64,000 bases of DNA. Origin: an uncultured Candidatus Saccharibacteria bacterium (lineage in GTDB: Bacteria > Patescibacteriota > Minisyncoccia > Phycocordibacterales > CAIRYW01). The DNA lies in assembly GCA_964446625.1 (NCBI GenBank), contig CAYUPH010000003.1, positions 192 through 64,191 on the forward strand, in the 5' to 3' direction. The notes below the pieces were generated by a model. The model did no database searches and was not told the DNA's origin. It saw nothing but the letters and a program-made list of their open reading frames with translations. The position numbers were made by a program, and so were the translations under genes. Positions 57,032 to 64,000 of this stretch are shown here, piece after piece. Position 1 is the first letter of the stretch, and every line of letters begins with the position of its first letter.

Positions 57032-58123
57032 CTACTCCATTACTCCTCCTCCAATGCACTTCTCGCCTGAGTACACAACAATAGATTGTCCAGGAGCTGT
57101 AATTTGCGCTTCGTCAAAGAAAGCAAAGGTTTTACTACCTTCCTCTTCAATTTTTACCTTTAAAAGCTCGCCGTGGTAGCGGATCTGAGCTTCATACGTT
57201 CTGTCACGCTCCGGTAGGCCTGAAATCCAGTTTGTGCCCTGCAGAGCAATTTTGCTTTTTGAAAATTCTTTTTTATCCTTTTCTTCGCTTACTGTAATTG
57301 TGTTTTTGTCTGTGTTTTTTGCAACGACATACAGTCTTTTTTCGTCTGTTCCTTTTGCTGTAATAACAAAACCGTGGCGTTCCCCTAGTGTAAAGAAGAC
57401 GCTTCCTGGATGCTTTCCAATGACCTCACCTTTTTCGTTTAAAACGTCGCCTTCTTTTTCCTCAATATAATTTTTTAAGAAATCCTTGAAATCTACTTTT
57501 CCAACAAAGCAAAGCCCCTGGCTGTCAGGACGCGCAAATGTAGGTATCTTGCCTTTCTTTGCAAGACTTCGCACTCGTCTCTTCTGAAGAGAGCCTACGG
57601 GAAAAATGATTTTAGAAAGTTCTTTTTGTGTAAGTGTCCAAAGAAAATAACTTTGTTCCTTTGCACTGTCTTTTGCTTTGTGTAGTTCATAGAGGTTTGT
57701 CACTGGATTTTGTGAGACTCGCGCGTAATGTCCGGTTGCTACAAAATCTGCCCCGAGCTCCAGTGCTTTTTGAAGAAAAGCTTTGAATTTTACTTCTTTG
57801 TTGCAGAGTACGTCAGGATTAGGAGTTCTTCCTGCTTTGTATTCGTCTATCATGTAACTAATCACACCATTTTTGTATTCAGAAGAAAGATCAAGGGTCA
57901 AAAACGGAATTTTCAGGTGTGCTGCAACTCGCATTGCATCACGACGATCAGTTTTCCAAGTGCATGTTTTATCGAACTCGCTTTGCCAGATTTTTATGAA
58001 TACTCCTACCACATTGTAGCCAGCCTCCTTCAGAAGGTATGCAGAAACAGACGAATCTACTCCGCCGGAGAGACCGGCAAATACTGTTTTGTTTTGACTT
58101 TTATTCCTCATAAATAGCGCCAA
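57032..58123 (-). CDS. mnmA: tRNA-specific 2-thiouridylase MnmA
   Basis: PP-loop SGGVDSSV near the N-terminus. 363 aa. Confidence 0.85.
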   Translation of the reverse strand: MALFMRNKSQNKTVFAGLSGGVDSSVSAYLLKEAGYNVVGVFIKIWQSEFDKTCTWKTDRRDAMRVAAHLKIPFLTLDLSSEYKNGVISYMIDEYKAGRTPNPDVLCNKEVKFKAFLQKALELGADFVATGHYARVSQNPVTNLYELHKAKDSAKEQSYFLWTLTQKELSKIIFPVGSLQKRRVRSLAKKGKIPTFARPDSQGLCFVGKVDFKDFLKNYIEEKEGDVLNEKGEVIGKHPGSVFFTLGERHGFVITAKGTDEKRLYVVAKNTDKNTITVSEEKDKKEFSKSKIALQGTNWISGLPERDRTYEAQIRYHGELLKVKIEEEGSKTFAFFDEAQITAPGQSIVVYSGEKCIGGGVME

Positions 58124-58152
58124 TATAGAACAGAAACAAGCTTAAAGCAAAA

Positions 58153-59136
58153 TTATTTTAAATACTTCTGCTTGTTTTGTTTGTGTCCTTCAAATGTTTT
58201 TGCGTAGTAAGCAGTTCCTTCTTTGTCTGTGAGAAAGTACAAGTAGTCACTTTTTGTTGGATGAAGCGCTGCGTCCAGAGCCACAAGCCCAGGGTTACCG
58301 ATAGCGGTTGGAGGCAAACCCTTTCTTGTGTATGAGTTGTAAGGTGAAGAGACTTTTAGGTCGTCTAGGGTAAGAGAAAGCGAATCTTTGCTGAGTACAT
58401 ACGCAAGCGTAGAATCGGCTTGAAGTGGCATACCAATTCGAAGACGATTGCCAAAAATTCCAGAAACTATTTTCATATCCTCGGGTTTTCGCACTTCTTT
58501 TTCGAGGATAGATGCAAGGATAATAAGATCTTTGTATTCTTTGCTTCCCTTTTCATAAGGAATCAGGTCTTTTGTTTTAGCCTCAAAGGTCTCACTCATT
58601 TTTGTGGTGACCTCCTCTTCGGTTGCTGTTGGGAGAAAGAAGTAGGTGTCAGGAAAAAGATAACCTTCATTTTCTTTATTTTCAGTAATGAATTTTTCTG
58701 TGTTAAAGTGTGGAAACGTGTTTTGTGCCCTTTCTGCAATCTGACGAAGGTTCCAGCCTTCAGGAACTGTTATTTTAACTGCTTTCACGTCAAAGTCTCC
58801 TCCTAATACTCTTTTTGCAACTGTAAAAACACTTTGCTTTTCCTCGAAAAAGTAAGGTCCAGCCACAGCTTTTTTTTCTCCACCAAATGCAACTACAGCA
58901 GAAACGAAAAGTGATGAGGAGAAAATTACTTTCTCTTCTTTAAGTTTGAGTGCAAATGATCTTATTGTTTCCCCATTCTCCAGCTCCACGATTTTTCCCT
59001 CTGGAAATTTGCTTCCAGTTGTTCCGAAAATAAAAAACAAAAAAGCCAGGAGAGCACCGAGAGCGATGCTTTTTATAAAATGAGTTTTCTTTGGTTCGTT
59101 TTTATTTATCTGTGAAAGGAAAATCTCGTCGTTCAT
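58153..59136 (-). CDS. mltG: endolytic murein transglycosylase MltG (YceG family)
   Basis: N-terminal TM helix and YceG core (LASILEKE…PLQADSTLAY). Confidence 0.75.
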   Translation of the reverse strand: MNDEIFLSQINKNEPKKTHFIKSIALGALLAFLFFIFGTTGSKFPEGKIVELENGETIRSFALKLKEEKVIFSSSLFVSAVVAFGGEKKAVAGPYFFEEKQSVFTVAKRVLGGDFDVKAVKITVPEGWNLRQIAERAQNTFPHFNTEKFITENKENEGYLFPDTYFFLPTATEEEVTTKMSETFEAKTKDLIPYEKGSKEYKDLIILASILEKEVRKPEDMKIVSGIFGNRLRIGMPLQADSTLAYVLSKDSLSLTLDDLKVSSPYNSYTRKGLPPTAIGNPGLVALDAALHPTKSDYLYFLTDKEGTAYYAKTFEGHKQNKQKYLK

Positions 59137-59139
59137 ATT

Positions 59140-60408
59140 TTACACAGGAAGGTTAGGTGGAGCTTCAGACTTCTTGGCGTCAATTCTTCGAAGGCCAGGA
59201 GTTTTCGCAGCTTCACCAGGAAAGTGAAAGATTGTCGCAATACTCTCCGAACTCATCGTAAAGTAGTGGCTCTTGTGTGGAGCATGGAAAGCAGATCTGT
59301 GCTGGTACGCTTCAAAAATATGGTGTTTTCTGTGTGCAGCTTTTTTACCAAACATGTCTTGCCACGGATAGTCGAATACAGTTATATGCTCAGAGCTTAC
59401 TCCAAAACTGTTTAGGTTCGCTGTGTTGTACTGTCTAAAAGAACCAATAAGACCAGGGATGTTAATAGGGTTAAACTTTTCTTTTGGTGCTAGGTAAATG
59501 ACACGGATAAGAGTATCGAACGCGAGTTTTGAAATATTTTTCTCGATAGCCTCTATTGCATCTTTTTGTCCACGCGAAAGAGATACTCCTGTGATTTTAA
59601 TTTCCCCTGCTGCTTGCACGTCTGCTTGTTTTATTTTCTTTATCTCTTCGTTTGCTCCGTGTGACCAGTCAACTTTATCAAACCATGTTCCTGGTTTCTT
59701 GATTTCTTTTTTGTGACTTCGAACTATAACTTGAAGCCAAATTCTGTCGCCTTGTTTTACTGTTGAAAGATACTCGAAAAATGGTGTCATCGGATCAATC
59801 TTGTATTCTTCTTTTGGATCGTCTCCTAGTTTGTAGTCGTTGTAACTCTTAATTGGGTAGTAGTCAGGTTTGTTTAGCTTGAACTCGACACCAAAAAGAT
59901 CAATCTTTCGAAGGTCGAAATCAATATTTTTTGAGTAGTCGTCTACCTCTCTTACTTCAATGTCTGGATATTGCGCATAGAGGTATGACACAACAACTGG
60001 TTTCCAAAAATCCCATGTCCAAAGGTAGAATTTTATTTCCCCTCCGTCTGATACTAGTTCAAGAGAAAACCAAGGTCTTGTTTTTCCTTTAAACCATCTA
60101 TCTATCCAAGTCGTTTCTCCTGATGTTTGGTAAAGAGAGGTGAGAAAAAGCTCCATGGCAAGAGGTGACTTTGCCACTTCTTGAGGAATGATAAGTTCAA
60201 GTAAAATTGCCGAGTGTGCTTTCTCGTGAATAAATTTGTTTCGGTTATACGTGACAAAAGCCTCAAAAAAAGCGAACCCGAGAAAAACAGGTGCAAGAAT
60301 AATAAAGAAAAAATAGCCGTAGCCGAGTGCTGTCACAAGTAAATTTCCAAAGATTGACCAATCTAAAGATTGCATAGAATATATAATATCAAAAAAAGAG
60401 ACAAACAA
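59140..60408 (-). CDS. hypothetical membrane protein (422 aa)
   Basis: Two N-terminal TM helices and a His-rich C-terminus (HRKHHIFEAYQHRSAFHAPHKSH). Confidence 0.35.
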   Translation of the reverse strand: MFVSFFDIIYSMQSLDWSIFGNLLVTALGYGYFFFIILAPVFLGFAFFEAFVTYNRNKFIHEKAHSAILLELIIPQEVAKSPLAMELFLTSLYQTSGETTWIDRWFKGKTRPWFSLELVSDGGEIKFYLWTWDFWKPVVVSYLYAQYPDIEVREVDDYSKNIDFDLRKIDLFGVEFKLNKPDYYPIKSYNDYKLGDDPKEEYKIDPMTPFFEYLSTVKQGDRIWLQVIVRSHKKEIKKPGTWFDKVDWSHGANEEIKKIKQADVQAAGEIKITGVSLSRGQKDAIEAIEKNISKLAFDTLIRVIYLAPKEKFNPINIPGLIGSFRQYNTANLNSFGVSSEHITVFDYPWQDMFGKKAAHRKHHIFEAYQHRSAFHAPHKSHYFTMSSESIATIFHFPGEAAKTPGLRRIDAKKSEAPPNLPV

Positions 60409-60435
60409 AAAATCCGCCGAAGCGGATTTTTTGTT

Positions 60436-61467
60436 TTATGAGAGTGAGTATCTTCCTTGTTTGTCTTTTTTGAAGTGTTTTGCGTTCTGGAGGTTAACGA
60501 GGATTGTGTTTTCTTTGACGTACCTTTCTTTCAGAACTTTGTCGATAATCTCGTCTTTTGTCAGAGGACCATTTTTCTCAAGGATTTTTGCGATAACATC
60601 TCGCACTACTCCGTTGAGGTATCCCCATTCTGAGAGAGCGTAGAGTCCTCGTCCAACAAGAACAAATCGAGAGTCCTTGATAAGTTCGTTGTGAGTTGTT
60701 GCAACGTGTGCTTTCTTTTTGAAGAGCTTTTCGATTGATTTTGCTACCTCTTTAAAGTGAATTGGTGAACCATGCTTTCGGATTGCAAGGTATGCGTAGT
60801 CTCGAATACCTTTTACAGAAATGTTTTTTGAGTGTGATACTCCCCATTCTCCTAGCGGGTTTCGGTTAATCTTCTTAGAAATTGAAAGCCATCGCTTTAG
60901 AACTTCTTCGTTTTTGTATTCTTCACTAAGGTTTTCAAGGTGTGAAAGAAACTCGGAAATAATTTCTGATTCAGGAAGAATTTCTTCGTCTGCGAGGTTC
61001 TTGTATAGTTTATGAAGCGCTTCTTCTACTTTCTTTGCAAGAGCTTCGTCTACATGCCATCTGTGCTTGAAGTGCTCGTCTTCTTTTAGTTTTTTAAATA
61101 GGTTTCCTAGGACAAGTAGAAAGTTGATTTCGTTTTGTAGGAGTTTGTCTTTTTTTGTAATATGGTTTAGAAAATCTTCTTCAGAAACGAAACCTCCGAG
61201 AGCTACAAAAAGTTTTTTTAGTTCTTCAAAAACAGCGTTTGATTCTTTGTATGCGCTTGATTTTCGAATGTTAGAAAGAGACGCATTTTCAATCTGTCGA
61301 ACTCGCTCTCTTGTAATACCGTATTTGTCTCCAATAGCCTCAAGAGTCATTTTTTCTGGAGTTTTGAGCCCATATCGTGCAATAAGCACCTGCTGACCTC
61401 TCTCTGGAAGGACTCCGACAAGTTTCTTTACGACTGCTTTTGGTTTGAAGTTAAATTGTGATGCCAT
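60436..61467 (-). CDS. sigma-70 region-4-like HTH domain protein
   Basis: N-terminal LPERGQQVLIARYGL…TLEAIG…YGITRERVRQIE matches sigma70 region 4. Long helical C-terminus. Confidence 0.5.
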   Translation of the reverse strand: MASQFNFKPKAVVKKLVGVLPERGQQVLIARYGLKTPEKMTLEAIGDKYGITRERVRQIENASLSNIRKSSAYKESNAVFEELKKLFVALGGFVSEEDFLNHITKKDKLLQNEINFLLVLGNLFKKLKEDEHFKHRWHVDEALAKKVEEALHKLYKNLADEEILPESEIISEFLSHLENLSEEYKNEEVLKRWLSISKKINRNPLGEWGVSHSKNISVKGIRDYAYLAIRKHGSPIHFKEVAKSIEKLFKKKAHVATTHNELIKDSRFVLVGRGLYALSEWGYLNGVVRDVIAKILEKNGPLTKDEIIDKVLKERYVKENTILVNLQNAKHFKKDKQGRYSLS

Positions 61468-61539
61468 TTGGGCGTTTGTCTCTTTTATTTACTAATTATT
61501 TTTACCATTATACCTTATAAAAGTCAAATTTTGGGGTTT

Positions 61540-63999
61540 TTAGGGCTTTACAACAATGTTCACGATTCGGTCTTTGACAACAATGACTTTTATTACCTCT
61601 TTTCCCCCTAAATAACTCTGAACTTTAGGGTCCTGAAGAACGATTTTTTTGACTTCTTCTTCGCCTCTCCCCGATTCAATCTCAACCGTACACTTCATTT
61701 TACCATTAATTTGAATAGGAATCATTAAGCTCGCGTCCATTGTGTACTCTTCTTTGTATTTTGGGTATTTACTTTCGAAAATAGAACCCTTTTCCCCCAA
61801 GCTTTGCCAGATTTCCTCTGCAATATGTGGAGCAAATGGAGAAAGAATTTTAGTAAACATAACGAGACTCTCTCTTGTAATTTGTTTTGCTTCGTAAACA
61901 GTATTTACAAAAATCATCATGGCAGAAATAGCAGTGTTAAAAGAAATACTTTCAGTATCTTCCTGAACTTTTTTGATTGTCTTATGGAGCGCGTTTCTTA
62001 CTTCTTTTGGTTCAGTTTCGGAAATGATACTAAGGAGTCCGTGTACTCTTTCAATAAATCGTCTCGCACCGACAATTCCCTGATCGTTCCACGCAACTTG
62101 AGCTCCATGTGGACCTAGAAACATCATGTACACACGAACAGTATCCGCTCCAAAGCGTGCAACAAGTTCATCGGGGTTTACTACGTTTCCCCTACTCTTG
62201 CTCATTTTCTCTCCATCGGGGCCAAGTATGATTCCATGAGGAACTCGTTTTTTGTAAGGCTCTTTTACAGCGACAAGTTTTCGGTCGTACAAAAAGAGAT
62301 TCCAAAAACGAGAGTACAGAAGATGAAGCGTAGTATGTTCCATTCCACCAAAATACATATCAACAGGACTCCAATATTTTTGATTTTTGAGTGAAGAAAA
62401 TTTCTTCTTGTTTTTTGCGTCCATGTACCTGAGCCAATACCAAGAGCTTCCTGCCCACTGTGGCATTGTATTTGTTTCCCTTCGCGCTTTTCCAGGTAGA
62501 AAAAGTTTATGGATGTCTTTTGCAGTGTTTAGAATCTGATTTTCTGGAAGTGCTTCGAGTAGTTTTTCTTTTCCAAGGTATCCCCATGAGCAACCGATAA
62601 TCTTTGTCCTATCCATAAAGTTTTCAAGTTCAAAGACATCACAGTTTGCATCTGTAAAGTAGTACATTTCTGAGACAGGAACCTTCCATATCTTTTCTAG
62701 TTTCTCTAGTTTTTCTTCTTTTGAAAATGAATCCTCAAAAGTTAAAACTTTATCGATTTTTAGTTTAGACTTCTTTAGCATTGGACCAGAATACCTGATT
62801 GATCCAGAAGAGATTACAGCAATGCGTGCATTTTTTATTTTTTTTACTTCTTCAACAAACTTTTCAAATAGCTTGTGTCCACTTTTTGCAACACTCTCGC
62901 CGTAAACAAGAGACTCTTTATGCAATTTGAGTAACTCTTCTTTTGTTAAATCTCCCCCACGAACATGTCTTGGTTTTCGGGTAAAGTAATTCAAGACACC
63001 CTGCTTTGAATCTTCTAAGTCTTTTGACCAACCACATTCGACGCGCGCCTTAAGTCCAGCGGTATATGTATCCCCAATAACCCCATCGTAGTCAAAAACA
63101 AGATACTTTGTTTTCTTTTCGTTTTCTTTGCATTTCGGACACTCAGTTTTTACCCAGCTTTCAATTGCTGCAAGTGGGGACTCGCCAGTTCCTGTGGGTT
63201 CGTATTTTTTTACTTCGGGAAGTTTTACCGGAAGATCCTTTTCGGGTACGGGAACAACTCCGCACTTTTCACAGTGAATAAGTGGAATGGGCTCTCCCCA
63301 GTATCGCTGTCTCGAAAACACCCAGTCGCGGAGTTTGTATTTAGTAACAATTTTACCCCCCACGAATTCTGTAATTTCTTTTTTTGCAACATCAGATTGA
63401 TGACCAGAAAAAGCTCTCGAGTTTTTAAGTTCGCCATACCCTGTAAATGGTTTTTCCTCGCCTAAGTATCTATCAATAAGTGTTTGAACTTCTGCACCTT
63501 TGTAGAAATTTCTCATTTCATCTTTTGGAATCCAAACAATATCATGCTTGTCTGATTCTTCTTGGGAAAGTTCATTTCTAGTTTCATCAATAAGTCGAAA
63601 TACAAGACCTGTAACATCTGCGACTCTATTTACGTCTTTGTGAGTTGCAAAATATTCTGCACACACTTCATCACCTAAAGTTTGTATAAACTCTAGATTT
63701 GTATAACCAGTCTCTTCCGCAACCTCACGTCTTGCACCCTCTACAACATCCTCTCCATCTTCAACACCACCAATGACGAGTGTTTGCCAATTATATTTTT
63801 TCCATTTAATACCAATAATTTTATCTCCTTGGGGATTTTCAATGAGAGCATGAATAGTTTTTCGTCGTATTGTTTGCTTTCCTATTTGTGGTGGATTAGT
63901 CCAATCTGTAAAATGAGGGACGATAACCTCTCGTATCGGCAAGTTATATTTCTTTGCAAATTCAAAATCTCTTTCATCGTGGGCAGGAACAGCCATCAC
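61540..63999 (-). CDS. leuS: leucyl-tRNA synthetase (partial; N-terminus beyond the window end) with NUDIX and HAD domain insertions
   Basis: End of CP1 (AVPAHDERDFEFAKKY), YKLRDWVFSRQRYWGEPIP, CEKCG…CPKC, ARRETNTMPQWAGSSWY, KMSKS, anticodon-binding and C-terminal domains, all in one frame. Two inserts carry GGVEDGEDVVEGARREVAEETGY and LVFDYDGVIGDT…VISSGS…FTDANCD. Confidence 0.85.
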   Translation of the reverse strand: MMAVPAHDERDFEFAKKYNLPIREVIVPHFTDWTNPPQIGKQTIRRKTIHALIENPQGDKIIGIKWKKYNWQTLVIGGVEDGEDVVEGARREVAEETGYTNLEFIQTLGDEVCAEYFATHKDVNRVADVTGLVFRLIDETRNELSQEESDKHDIVWIPKDEMRNFYKGAEVQTLIDRYLGEEKPFTGYGELKNSRAFSGHQSDVAKKEITEFVGGKIVTKYKLRDWVFSRQRYWGEPIPLIHCEKCGVVPVPEKDLPVKLPEVKKYEPTGTGESPLAAIESWVKTECPKCKENEKKTKYLVFDYDGVIGDTYTAGLKARVECGWSKDLEDSKQGVLNYFTRKPRHVRGGDLTKEELLKLHKESLVYGESVAKSGHKLFEKFVEEVKKIKNARIAVISSGSIRYSGPMLKKSKLKIDKVLTFEDSFSKEEKLEKLEKIWKVPVSEMYYFTDANCDVFELENFMDRTKIIGCSWGYLGKEKLLEALPENQILNTAKDIHKLFLPGKARRETNTMPQWAGSSWYWLRYMDAKNKKKFSSLKNQKYWSPVDMYFGGMEHTTLHLLYSRFWNLFLYDRKLVAVKEPYKKRVPHGIILGPDGEKMSKSRGNVVNPDELVARFGADTVRVYMMFLGPHGAQVAWNDQGIVGARRFIERVHGLLSIISETEPKEVRNALHKTIKKVQEDTESISFNTAISAMMIFVNTVYEAKQITRESLVMFTKILSPFAPHIAEEIWQSLGEKGSIFESKYPKYKEEYTMDASLMIPIQINGKMKCTVEIESGRGEEEVKKIVLQDPKVQSYLGGKEVIKVIVVKDRIVNIVVKP

Positions 64000-64000
64000 A

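Noticed and set aside
1-64000. Mobile elements (transposase, integrase, IS inverted repeats), rRNA genes, tRNA genes
   Set aside because: No transposase or integrase-like ORF and no tRNA/rRNA signature motifs were found by eye on either strand. The R-M locus has no flanking direct repeats that I could identify.

Overview
The window is a gene-dense segment of a streamlined, moderate-GC bacterial genome, with more than 70 CDS and very short intergenic gaps. No rRNA, tRNA, CRISPR array, transposase or integrase was found by eye. Compact aminoacyl-tRNA synthetases, many small transmembrane hypothetical proteins and short or absent 5' leaders suggest a CPR/Patescibacteria-like or otherwise reduced organism, but this assignment is uncertain. 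Housekeeping blocks are: recR-dnaB; cysS-corA; scpA-scpB-mraY-ftsW-murG-gltX plus an M23 peptidase; grpE-(small ORF)-dnaK-dnaJ; infA-rpmJ-rpsM-rpsK-rpsD-rpoA-rplQ-rplM-rpsI; alaS, mnmA, mltG, trpS and ddl; unlinked rplU, rpmA and rplI; and the 3' two-thirds of leuS running off the window end. Accessory content lies at about 26.8-37 kb. It holds a Type III R-M operon (mod, a 223-aa gene, res), two secreted-protein cassettes with sorting-signal-like C-termini, paralogous 4-TM proteins and a cytochrome b5-like protein. Most striking: (1) LeuRS carries two in-frame foreign-domain insertions, a canonical NUDIX box and a HAD-type phosphatase fold. (2) The gene translationally coupled between mod and res has an R-x4-6-H HEPN-like motif, suggesting an RNase/abortive-infection module fused into the R-M operon. 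(3) The 1.1-kb ORF-free region upstream of the Asp/Asn-type class II tRNA synthetase contains a T-box leader, with a UGGC bulge, a GAU-A specifier candidate and a 21-bp-arm terminator. (4) A GTAGAA short-repeat family occurs at three intergenic sites. (5) Several promoters sit 5-8 nt from the AUG, implying leaderless mRNAs. All calls are by-eye motif recognition with no database search.
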